In this document: positions 54,810 through 63,268 of the stretch, piece by piece
How positions within the stretch are numbered: position 1 is the first letter of the stretch
Layout: every line of letters begins with the position of its first letter
Assembly (NCBI GenBank): GCA_964595725.1
Contig: CAZQRQ010000006.1
Coordinates: 22,165 to 86,164, forward strand
Length of the DNA: 64,000 bases
From: an uncultured Rikenellaceae bacterium
Lineage (GTDB): Bacteria > Bacteroidota > Bacteroidia > Bacteroidales > VadinHA17
Direction of reading: 5' to 3'
Notes under the pieces: model-generated
Databases searched by the model: none
Seen by the model: only the letters and a program-made list of their open reading frames with translations
What the model was told of the DNA's origin: nothing
Translations under genes and position numbers: made by a program

Positions 54810-56078
54810 CTAAACAATCATTCCTGCCGCTACAGTCTCGTTTGTCGCTTCATCGATAAGAACCAGGCTGCCGGTTATGTTATTCTTCTTGTATGTGTCG
54901 TAATAGATAGACCGGGTGGTTCGGATGGTTATATGGGCAATGTCATTCATTTTTACTTCCGGATCTGACTTTTCAAGCTCCAGGGTGTTTATGTTTACTT
55001 TATAATCAACCGACTTGATAACACACCCGGTCTCGAGGCTGTGGTTCCTGACAATATACCTGCAGTTCTCTTGGAGAGACTTTTTGTTGAACCAGCAAGC
55101 CATTATCCCTATTTCCTGGCCTTCCCGGGGGAGATCATCTGGCTTTACTATAAGGTCACCTCGACTGATATCTATCTGGTCTTCAAGGGTGATGGTAACC
55201 GAGTCGCCGGTTAATGCCTCACTGAGGTTTCTTTCAAAGGTGTTTATTTCCCTTATTTTTGATTTCAGCAGGGAAGGCAGAACAATAATTTCATCACCGG
55301 GTTTGAATGAGCCCCCGGCAACCCTGCCGGCATAGCCCCTGTAATCGTGGAATTTATCCGATTGCGGCCTGATGATGGTTTGTACCGGGAATCTACCGTT
55401 AATGGTGTTCTTTTCCTTCTTAATATCTAAAGTCTCAATATAGGTCAGGAAAGTATCCCCGTTGTACCATGGCATATTGAGCGACTTCGTTACTACGTTA
55501 TCACCGTACTTTGCACTTAAGGGGATGTAACAGGGATCTTCGATTTTCAGTTTTCCTGCGATGCCTTCAAGGTTCGATTTTATTGCCAGGAAGACTGATT
55601 CATTATAGTTAACCATGTCCATCTTGTTGATGCAAAACACTATGTGCCTGATATCAAGAAGTGTTGCTATATATGAATGTCTCAGTGTTTGCTCCAGGAC
55701 ACCTTTCCGGGCATCGACCAGGATCACCGCGAGGTCGGCAGTACTTGCACCGGTAACCATATTGCGGGTGTACTGAATATGCCCTGGTGTATCGGCGATT
55801 ATGAATTTACGTTCCGGGGTTGCAAAATACCTGTAAGCAACATCGATCGTGATTCCCTGTTCACGTTCAGCTCTTAATCCGTCAGTCAGCAGCGAGAGGT
55901 CGATTTCCTCTTTTCCAAGCCTCTTGCTCGACTGTGCTATATGGTCCATCTGGTCTTCAAAGATTGACTTACTGTCATACAACAGTCTGCCGATAAGAGT
56001 ACTTTTCCCATCATCCACACTTCCTGCCGTAGTAAACCTGAGCAGGCTCCTGCTATATCCGTTACCGTTGATACCCAT
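54810..56078 (-). CDS. cysN: sulfate adenylyltransferase subunit 1 (GTPase), without a fused APS kinase domain
   Basis: 422 aa with GSVDDGKSTLIGRL, DTPGH and NKMD motifs. Confidence 0.9.
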   Translation of the reverse strand: MGINGNGYSRSLLRFTTAGSVDDGKSTLIGRLLYDSKSIFEDQMDHIAQSSKRLGKEEIDLSLLTDGLRAEREQGITIDVAYRYFATPERKFIIADTPGHIQYTRNMVTGASTADLAVILVDARKGVLEQTLRHSYIATLLDIRHIVFCINKMDMVNYNESVFLAIKSNLEGIAGKLKIEDPCYIPLSAKYGDNVVTKSLNMPWYNGDTFLTYIETLDIKKEKNTINGRFPVQTIIRPQSDKFHDYRGYAGRVAGGSFKPGDEIIVLPSLLKSKIREINTFERNLSEALTGDSVTITLEDQIDISRGDLIVKPDDLPREGQEIGIMACWFNKKSLQENCRYIVRNHSLETGCVIKSVDYKVNINTLELEKSDPEVKMNDIAHITIRTTRSIYYDTYKKNNITGSLVLIDEATNETVAAGMIV

Positions 56079-56174
56079 CTATTATATAATCACAATTTTA
56101 ATATTCTCCTTATTATACAGCTTGTAAAGTGTTTCGATCTTTAGTTGCGTTGTGAGGAGGTTTTTGTTATTTTA

Positions 56175-56196
56175 TTATTTCGTTATTTCGTTATTC
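56175..56196. repeat. short tandem repeat TTATTTCG x2 plus a partial unit
   Basis: Read directly in the 139-nt spacer between cysD and cysN. Confidence 0.5.
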
Positions 56197-56217
56197 TTCA
56201 CCATAGCCTCTACTGCC

Positions 56218-57120
56218 TCAAAAATATCCTTCCTTTTTCCTGTCTTCCATTGCAGCTTCTGATCTCTTGTCGTCGTATCTTCCTCCCCGTTCGGTGACCC
56301 TGGTTGCTGCTATTTCCGTAACGATCTCATCCAGCGACCTGGCTTCTGAAAGAGTAACACCGGTACAGGTTATATCACCGATAGTACGACAGCGTACATC
56401 AGCTTCAAAAACGTTTTCCGTAGGCTTCAGCTTCATAAAGGGTGCCCAGGCAAGGTATACACCGTTCCTCTTGAATATTTTTCGGCGATGGGTGTAATAT
56501 AGTTCAGGTAATTTAATGTTCTCGCTCATTATATATTGCCATACATCGAGTTCGGTCCAGTTGCTTATCGGGAATACCCTGAAATGTTCTCCCTGGTTCT
56601 TCCTGCCGTTGAAGATATTCCACAGTTCGGGCCTCTGGTTTTTAGGGTCCCACTGTCCGGATTCATTACGGTGTGAAAAGAACCTCTCTTTAGCCCTTGC
56701 CTTTTCCTCATCTCTTCGGCCACCACCTATTGCCACGTCGATATTAAGCTCTTCGATTGCATCAAGAAGGGTTACTGACTGTGCTTTATTGCGGCTGGCA
56801 TTTATTCCCTGCTCCTCAGTCACCCTTCCGTTGTCGATAGAGTCCTGCACAAGTTTGACTATCATTTCCACACCAAGCTCCCTGGCAAGGTCGTCCCTGA
56901 ACTTCAGGGTTTCTTCAAAATTATGACCTGTATCAATATGCATAAGGCTGAAAGGTATCTTGGCGGGCCAGAAAGCCTTTTTCGCAAGATGCACGAGAAC
57001 GATAGAGTCTTTTCCTCCCGAGAACAGGATCACTTTCCTTTCAAACTGAGCTGCCACTTCTCGCATGATGTAAATGGCTTCATTCTCAAGCTCCAGTAAA
57101 TGCTGGTCGTTAATATTCAT
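56218..57120 (-). CDS. cysD: sulfate adenylyltransferase subunit 2
   Basis: 300 aa. PAPS-reductase-fold ATP pyrophosphatase with the ILFSGGKDS motif and the typical CysD C-terminus. Confidence 0.95.
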   Translation of the reverse strand: MNINDQHLLELENEAIYIMREVAAQFERKVILFSGGKDSIVLVHLAKKAFWPAKIPFSLMHIDTGHNFEETLKFRDDLARELGVEMIVKLVQDSIDNGRVTEEQGINASRNKAQSVTLLDAIEELNIDVAIGGGRRDEEKARAKERFFSHRNESGQWDPKNQRPELWNIFNGRKNQGEHFRVFPISNWTELDVWQYIMSENIKLPELYYTHRRKIFKRNGVYLAWAPFMKLKPTENVFEADVRCRTIGDITCTGVTLSEARSLDEIVTEIAATRVTERGGRYDDKRSEAAMEDRKKEGYF

Positions 57121-57177
57121 TTTACAAAATAGTCAGTAAATAATTTCTTTAATTAGCTCTGTGCTATGAGCCTTTTG

Positions 57178-57885
57178 CTATTTAACATGGCACCCGCATT
57201 CTTTGGGTCCGTCATTTTCCCACCACCATCTTCCGGCCCTGAAATCCTGGCCTTTTATTATAGGCCGTGTGCAAGGTTCGCATCCGATACTTACATAACC
57301 CTTGTCATATAATGAGTTATATGGTACCTCGTTATCCTTAATGTATTTCTCTACTTCTTCTAAGGTCCAGTCAAACAGGGGATGAATCTTTATTAAATTC
57401 TTTGTTTCGTCATATTCAATATTCTCCATACCGGTCCTGTTATTGGATTGTTCAGCCCTTATCCCGGTTATCCACACTTTTTTCCCATTGAGTGCCCTGT
57501 TAAGGGGAACCACTTTCCTGAGCCTGCAGCATTCAAGCCTGTTTTCCCTGGATTCATAAAAGCTGAACGGCCCTTTTTCTGTAACCATTTTCTCAACTGC
57601 CTCATGATCGGGAAAGTATACTTCAATATTTTTCCTGTACTTAATTATGGTATTGGAAAAAACCTTGTATGTCTCGGGGAACAGTCTTCCAGTATCAAGA
57701 GTGGCAACTGCGATCTTGATGTTGTCGTCAAAAATTGCATGAGTAATTACCTGATCTTCAATTCCGAAGCTTGTAGTAAAAATTACTTCACCAGGGAAAA
57801 GTGGTTCAATCGTTCTGAGACTGTCTGTTAATGGTAACCCTTTAAGCCGACTGCTTAATTCTTTCAACTCTGTAACGCTTCTCAT
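57178..57885 (-). CDS. cysH: assimilatory adenylyl-sulfate (APS)/PAPS reductase, FeS-cluster type
   Basis: 235 aa. Has the Cys pairs ECCRLRKVVPL and SIGCEPCT that mark the 4Fe-4S-containing APS-reductase subgroup, plus the C-terminal KECGCH catalytic motif. Confidence 0.9.
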   Translation of the reverse strand: MRSVTELKELSSRLKGLPLTDSLRTIEPLFPGEVIFTTSFGIEDQVITHAIFDDNIKIAVATLDTGRLFPETYKVFSNTIIKYRKNIEVYFPDHEAVEKMVTEKGPFSFYESRENRLECCRLRKVVPLNRALNGKKVWITGIRAEQSNNRTGMENIEYDETKNLIKIHPLFDWTLEEVEKYIKDNEVPYNSLYDKGYVSIGCEPCTRPIIKGQDFRAGRWWWENDGPKECGCHVK

Positions 57886-58219
57886 CTGCTTTTAACCAAC
57901 CTTTTAGTTTTATCCTGTGGATATGCGCCCACAACCTCTCATGGAAATAATAGAGAATTGTTTTGGTCACCACTTCAACACTACCGATTGACAGAGCAAG
58001 GGTAATTTTGCCTGTGATGAAATAGCTGATAATCATTGTATCCAGCGTCCCTACTATCCTCCATGAAATGGCTTTCAGTGCGCTTTTTACCGGTTTGTCA
58101 GAACGATCACTGACCCTGATGACTTCATTAGTTGATGATTTTTCCTCCGGCCTGGTTATCAGTACATCTAACATAGGTGTATGTTTTGGTTGTTTCAAAA
58201 GTACGCCCTGTAAAGGCAC
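57842..58219 (-). CDS. DUF2061 membrane protein, leading the cys operon
   Basis: The KAISWRIVGTLDTMIISYFITGK pattern is typical of DUF2061. The start is uncertain (58219 or the internal Met at 58174). It overlaps the cysH start by 44 nt. Confidence 0.6.
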   Translation of the reverse strand: MPLQGVLLKQPKHTPMLDVLITRPEEKSSTNEVIRVSDRSDKPVKSALKAISWRIVGTLDTMIISYFITGKITLALSIGSVEVVTKTILYYFHERLWAHIHRIKLKGWLKADEKRYRVERIKQSA

Positions 58220-58603
58220 TTATCGTTAGCAATAATGCTTGAAATGTATCAGTATAAATGCATATCGGGGTATATGTAAATATCTCCATTTTTGCCTGGT
58301 TTATTGCGGTTCTCATCAATCGCGGGATTTTCCAGTATACTTGCAAATCTCTGTACAGTAATTTGAATAGTGATGTAAATGCTTAATTATTTGATAAATG
58401 AACCGAGATGCCTACATACATTTTTCGGTTATGTTTCTTTGTTAATAAGCATGCTGATCAATTATTAAGGCTTTTTACTGTTATTCCCGTAACAGCACGT
58501 GTGAAAACATTAACAGTAAAAATATACTTTTAAACGGGCTATATACCCGGTTATTCTATGATCCGGTTATTTGAGATTTTTGTACCTTTCAGCAAAAGCA
58601 ATT

Positions 58604-59173
58604 ATGGAGTTATATTTAACCACGAGGGAGGAGTGGCGTGAATGGCTGAGACTGAACCATTCAACAGAAGAAGAGGTGTGGCTCATCTATTATAAGAAAG
58701 GCTCAGGGCGTAAGCGAATCCCGTATGATGATGCCGTGGAAGAGGCACTTTGTTTTGGATGGATCGATGGCAAAATAAAAAGGATTAACGACGATTACTT
58801 CATTCAGCGGTTTACCCCGAGAAGAAAAGGCAGCAGGTGGTCGAAATACAATATTGAAAGAGTTGAGAAGATGCTTAAAGAGGGGCGGATGGAACCTGCC
58901 GGCCTTTTTGCCTTCAGGGAGGTAATGGAAAATCCAGCTCTTATATATGAGAACAGGTCCGATAGCGACCCGGAGATACCCGGGGATCTGATGTCCGGGC
59001 TCAGCCTGAATGAAGAAGCTCTTACCAATTTCAGTAATTTTTCACCATCATCGCGCAGGATGTATATTCAATGGCTCAACAGCGCCAGGAGAGATGAAAC
59101 CAGGATTAGACGGATCGGGAAGATTGTAGATCTGGCTCAAAAGAATATCCGCCCGGGAATGAACGTGATCTAA
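58604..59173 (+). CDS. YdeI/OmpD-associated family protein
   Basis: A start at MELYLTTREEWREWL (58604) fits the family N-terminus. Motifs WLIYYKKGSG and ALCFGWIDG. Confidence 0.65.
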   Translation: MELYLTTREEWREWLRLNHSTEEEVWLIYYKKGSGRKRIPYDDAVEEALCFGWIDGKIKRINDDYFIQRFTPRRKGSRWSKYNIERVEKMLKEGRMEPAGLFAFREVMENPALIYENRSDSDPEIPGDLMSGLSLNEEALTNFSNFSPSSRRMYIQWLNSARRDETRIRRIGKIVDLAQKNIRPGMNVI

Positions 59174-59226
59174 CCTCTCTTTAGACAGGTAATTAATTAT
59201 CACACTTCACTTAGCTCTGGCATCAT

Positions 59227-59253
59227 ATTTCTGATTTCTGATTTCTGATTTCT
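59227..59253. repeat. tandem heptamer ATTTCTG x3 plus a 6/7 partial unit
   Basis: Read directly in the spacer between convergent genes. Confidence 0.6.
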
Positions 59254-59258
59254 CACTC

Positions 59259-59858
59259 TCACTTCCCTCCTCTCCATCTTCTTATTACGTTGCTGAAGGG
59301 GAAGGCGCCATTGCTCTTTCTTGGAGGAAAGACTCCCTCCCTGGTGGACCTCACATCCTCGATGGTGAAAAAGGCTTTGGGGTTGATACTGTTGATTATT
59401 TTAACGACTTGGCCCAGGTCGTTTCTCTGAACAACTGTATAGATAAGATGTACTTTTTCGCGAGCCCCGTGAGCTTCAACAATTGTTGCTCCAAATCCTC
59501 TTTCATTCAATTCATGAACGAGCTCTGTGCCTTTCTGGTGAGTTATTACCCTTATAAGCTGTATCCCAACAGCAAGTCTTTCCTCAATGATCATTCCAAT
59601 GAGGTTTCCCATTGCAAATCCACCCGCATATGCTACATAGTTAAAATAATTATCGATGTTCTGCATGATCTTACTCACGGCTGTGATCCAGATTAGCACC
59701 TCGAAAAATCCCAGCACGGGGGCAATATTCCTTTTCCCTTTTGAAGTAAATATAATTCTCATTGTGCCCAGTGTTACGTCACAGATCCTGGCGATAAAAA
59801 TAAGCAGAGGAAGGAACAGATAACTGAAGAGGTTGGAGTCAAAAAAGTTTGTGTCCAT
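59259..59858 (-). CDS. UPF0316 / DUF2179-domain membrane protein
   Basis: 199 aa. ARICDVTLGTMRIIF N-terminal membrane region and a C-terminal DUF2179-like soluble domain (GATIVEAHG). Confidence 0.75.
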   Translation of the reverse strand: MDTNFFDSNLFSYLFLPLLIFIARICDVTLGTMRIIFTSKGKRNIAPVLGFFEVLIWITAVSKIMQNIDNYFNYVAYAGGFAMGNLIGMIIEERLAVGIQLIRVITHQKGTELVHELNERGFGATIVEAHGAREKVHLIYTVVQRNDLGQVVKIINSINPKAFFTIEDVRSTREGVFPPRKSNGAFPFSNVIRRWRGGK

Positions 59859-59992
59859 GATTCTTGATTTAAGTTGAACAAATATGCAACGAAAAGGGAA
59901 AAAGACAATACGAAAAATACAAAATACAGTATCTCTCCTTGAAAAGAAAAATTATTATAATAATGAGGTCTCAGTTGCCTCCTCCACGGCCT

Positions 59993-60967
59993 CTATTTGA
60001 CGCTTACCGGTGTTCCAGTTCTGACGATAACATCCTTTACCCATTCGTACCTTGATCCGTTCCCGATATCCAGGAGTACGTCATATGATCCCGGAGGGCA
60101 GGGATATCGTTGGTTTACAGGGTCATAGCATAGGATTTCCCTTGTTTTGTCAGGTTTGGCGACTCCCTGCATCCTGTTGGCGGTACCCGAAGGATACATG
60201 TGCATTTTGCTGATATCTCTCCTTGTTCCTCCGTATGTGATGTCTCCTGCATTCAGGTTAGTGTTTATCTTGTAATTCATATTGGGTTTAAATGTCATAT
60301 TATTCAGCCATATTTTCTGGTCTGAACCGCAAACATCAAGAGTTAACATGACATCGTAAGTTCCGGGCTTAATCTTTCCAGAAAGTGCATCTGTCTTCTG
60401 ATCAGGAGATATTGCAGACTGGTGATTGCCTTTTGGATAAAATTCAGGTCTGCCGCATGAAGGGCTTGCCTGAGCATTTCCCTTATATTTATATACCTTG
60501 GAGTCGTACCCGGCAAAGCCGTTGTTATTTCCCTGGGCCTCAGAAATATATATCTGGTATGAATAGATCGTAATTGATACTGTGGTTTTCATGTTAGGCT
60601 TCACTACAATCCCATTCACATCAAATGAGATACTGCCCGGCATCTCTGCAAGTGCTGTGGTTACTTTAAGATCATAGGTTCCTGCCTTTGCATCCTTCAT
60701 CCTGACATCTTTTCCTGCAGAAGTCAGCTTGAATGTAGATCCTTTGGAAAGATCTCCCATGGTCCTTACTGTAATAACAACAGATTGCGGGTCACCGTTA
60801 GGAGCGAAGGCATCCTGACGTTGCTGGACCCATACATGTCCCCAATCCTTATCCATTGTAATAACTGTTCCGTTATCAAAATTATAGCTGAAATTGGAGA
60901 CTTTTTGAGCTTCAAGCGGCACAAAAAAAACCGCAAAGACGAGAATTGCGATGACATTCTTTTTCAT
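59993..60967 (-). CDS. hypothetical secreted protein with three internal repeat modules
   Basis: A start at MKKNVIAILVFAVFFVPLEAQ (60967) gives a signal peptide. The motif recurs three times: AGTYDLKV, PGTYDVML, PGSYDVLL. Confidence 0.55.
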   Translation of the reverse strand: MKKNVIAILVFAVFFVPLEAQKVSNFSYNFDNGTVITMDKDWGHVWVQQRQDAFAPNGDPQSVVITVRTMGDLSKGSTFKLTSAGKDVRMKDAKAGTYDLKVTTALAEMPGSISFDVNGIVVKPNMKTTVSITIYSYQIYISEAQGNNNGFAGYDSKVYKYKGNAQASPSCGRPEFYPKGNHQSAISPDQKTDALSGKIKPGTYDVMLTLDVCGSDQKIWLNNMTFKPNMNYKINTNLNAGDITYGGTRRDISKMHMYPSGTANRMQGVAKPDKTREILCYDPVNQRYPCPPGSYDVLLDIGNGSRYEWVKDVIVRTGTPVSVK

Positions 60968-61134
60968 GATCCTATCTTTTTTGTTGAACACTCTTCTATC
61001 AAAATTACGATATAAAATTGACATGGAGAGTATTTAAACAATGTTTATATCACTGTCATTAATTATGAAAAACAGACCAATTTGAATATATTTGTTAAGG
61101 CTTGTCTGTTCGTTGCTTATTGATAATTTAATTA

Positions 61135-62199
61135 ATGAAAAATCCCTGCCTGTATATCGCCAGTGAGCATTCGGATAACGATAGACTTGTTATTGCAACA
61201 CTTATTTCAACCAGAGGTTCAACACCTCAAAAACCCGGAAGCTCGGCCATTTTCGATTCAAAAGGACTGGTTTATGGAACTATCGGTGGAGGTGTCCTTG
61301 AAGGCAGGGTTACTGAAATTGCCATGAAAGCATCTGGTTCCGGAGAATCAGGGATTTATCATTTTGACCTGGATAAGGACATCGTTAATAGCGATGAGGC
61401 AATATGCGGAGGCACCGCAGATGTGGCAATAGATGCCCGGCCAGCAGATCACCTGGCGATTTTCAGAGATGCTGAGAGACTTCTGACAACTCGCACTCCA
61501 TGCGTGATAGTAACAATTTTGAGTGAAGCTGGAGATGGTAGTTTAACCATTGAAAGGTATGTTTATTCATCCGGAAGTTCGGGGGAGATACCTTTAGGTT
61601 TAGCTCCCGGGATTATTGAAAATGCAGATAAGCTGCTGTCTGATAATATCCAGGATGCCTGTAAATTGATTATTACAGAGCCGGCTGAGGAAGGACATAA
61701 AAAGATGATCTTTCTCGAACCGCTGTTTCCTGTCTCAAGACTTGTAATAGCAGGAGCAGGGCATATCGGGAAAGCCCTGTGCCATCTCGGAAGCCGGCTT
61801 GACTTTGAAGTTACAGTCGTAGATAACAGGCCGGAATATGCAAATAGTGAGAACCTCCCGGAGGCCGACTCAATCGTTGTTGGAAATATAGGTGAGGTAC
61901 TCGGGGAGATCGAGAAGGACAGCAACACATATATTGTAATAGTTACCAGGGGTCATAGTGATGATTCAGAAGCATTGAGAGCCTGTATAAACAGCAATGC
62001 AAAGTATATAGGTATGATAGGCAGCCGGACAAAAATAGAGAAAATGCACAGAAATTTCATTGAAAACAAATGGGCTGGTGAGGATGAGTGGTCTGCCGTT
62101 CATGCTCCTATCGGTCTTGATATTAAATCTCAATCTGTTGAAGAGATTGCGATAAGTATTGCAGGCCAGCTGGTACTTGAGAGAAATAAGGCAACATGA
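61135..62199 (+). CDS. XdhC/CoxI-family molybdoenzyme maturation protein
   Basis: 354 aa. N-terminal XdhC_CoxI-like region (ATLISTRGSTPQKPGS) and a Rossmann-like C-terminal domain (LVIAGAGHIGKAL). Confidence 0.85.
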   Translation: MKNPCLYIASEHSDNDRLVIATLISTRGSTPQKPGSSAIFDSKGLVYGTIGGGVLEGRVTEIAMKASGSGESGIYHFDLDKDIVNSDEAICGGTADVAIDARPADHLAIFRDAERLLTTRTPCVIVTILSEAGDGSLTIERYVYSSGSSGEIPLGLAPGIIENADKLLSDNIQDACKLIITEPAEEGHKKMIFLEPLFPVSRLVIAGAGHIGKALCHLGSRLDFEVTVVDNRPEYANSENLPEADSIVVGNIGEVLGEIEKDSNTYIVIVTRGHSDDSEALRACINSNAKYIGMIGSRTKIEKMHRNFIENKWAGEDEWSAVHAPIGLDIKSQSVEEIAISIAGQLVLERNKAT

Positions 62200-62783
62200 G
62201 GATTGAAGCAGTCATACTGGCAGCAGGAGAGTCAAAACGAATGAGATCATCAAAAATGCTTCTCCCCTTTATGGGAAGGACCATCATTGAGTGCGTTATC
62301 AGAAATACTCTTGCATCGGAAGTTGATTCAGCAACCGTTGTAACAGGTGGCTGGAAAGAGGATATTGGAAAAGTGATAGGCAGGTATGATATTAATATTG
62401 TCTTCAACGAGAATTACGGTGAAGGGATGCTCTCTTCGGTAAGGTGCGGTATTAGATCGTTGCCTGCTGGCTGCGATGCAGCACTGGTAATACCCGGAGA
62501 TATGCCTTTGATCACAGGAGATGTTATTAATGAAGTTATAAATTCGTACATTACGTCCGCAAAACGTATAATAATACCGGTTTGCAAGGGCAGGAGGGGG
62601 CACCCTATACTCGTGGCATCAGACTTGTTTGGTGAAATAAACCGTCTTGATGAAAATGAGGGTTTGCGGCAACTGGCACAATGGTACCCGGGTGATATAT
62701 ACGAGACTGAAATAGCTAATGATGCGATACTTAAAGATATAGATACAATAACAGAATATCGTAAAGAGATTAACTCAAATTAA
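62196..62783 (+). CDS. MobA-like nucleotidyltransferase (molybdenum cofactor cytidylyltransferase MocA-like)
   Basis: 195 aa with AVILAAGESKRM and a PGDMPLI motif. ATGA overlap with the XdhC-like gene. Confidence 0.8.
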   Translation: MRIEAVILAAGESKRMRSSKMLLPFMGRTIIECVIRNTLASEVDSATVVTGGWKEDIGKVIGRYDINIVFNENYGEGMLSSVRCGIRSLPAGCDAALVIPGDMPLITGDVINEVINSYITSAKRIIIPVCKGRRGHPILVASDLFGEINRLDENEGLRQLAQWYPGDIYETEIANDAILKDIDTITEYRKEINSN

Positions 62784-63266
62784 ATGATCATGGAACAGAC
62801 AATCCGGTTTGAACTGAATGGTAAGAGAACTGAGGTTCAGATTGATCCCTCCCAAACGTTGTTATGGGTGCTCAGGAATCACTTTGGTCTTACAGGCACC
62901 AAATTCGGCTGTGGAACAGGTTTCTGCGGTGCCTGCACAGTCCTTATTGACAATGAAGCTGTCAGGTCATGCCAGTTGCCTTTTGGAGACGTTGAAGGCA
63001 AGAAGGTGGTAACAATTGAAGGTTTGGAGATGAACGGAAAGCTACATGCAATGCAACAGGCATTTGTCGATCACGATGCTTTGCAGTGTGGTTTTTGTAC
63101 CCCCGGAATGATATTGACGGCAGTGGCACTGCTTATTAAGAATCCACAGGCTACAAGACAGGATATTATCGATGGCATGGAGGATAACCTTTGTCGTTGC
63201 GGGGCACATGTGCGAATACTGGATGCAATTGAGACAGCTGCAAATAAAATGAAAGGAGGAAAATAA
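62784..63266 (+). CDS. (2Fe-2S)-binding small subunit of a xanthine dehydrogenase/aldehyde oxidoreductase family enzyme
   Basis: 160 aa. Plant-type motif CGTGFCGACTV and a second cluster CGFCTPG..CRCG. Confidence 0.9.
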   Translation: MIMEQTIRFELNGKRTEVQIDPSQTLLWVLRNHFGLTGTKFGCGTGFCGACTVLIDNEAVRSCQLPFGDVEGKKVVTIEGLEMNGKLHAMQQAFVDHDALQCGFCTPGMILTAVALLIKNPQATRQDIIDGMEDNLCRCGAHVRILDAIETAANKMKGGK

Positions 63267-63268
63267 TA

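Noticed and set aside
58220-58570. 350-nt spacer upstream of the cys operon, examined for a SAM or other sulfur-responsive riboswitch
   Set aside because: Reading the minus-strand sense sequence, I found no SAM-I core and no other riboswitch consensus I know. There is only a weak 6-bp hairpin (58478-58495) and a CCGGTTATT direct repeat near the ydeI-like start. An Infernal/Rfam scan would be needed to be sure.
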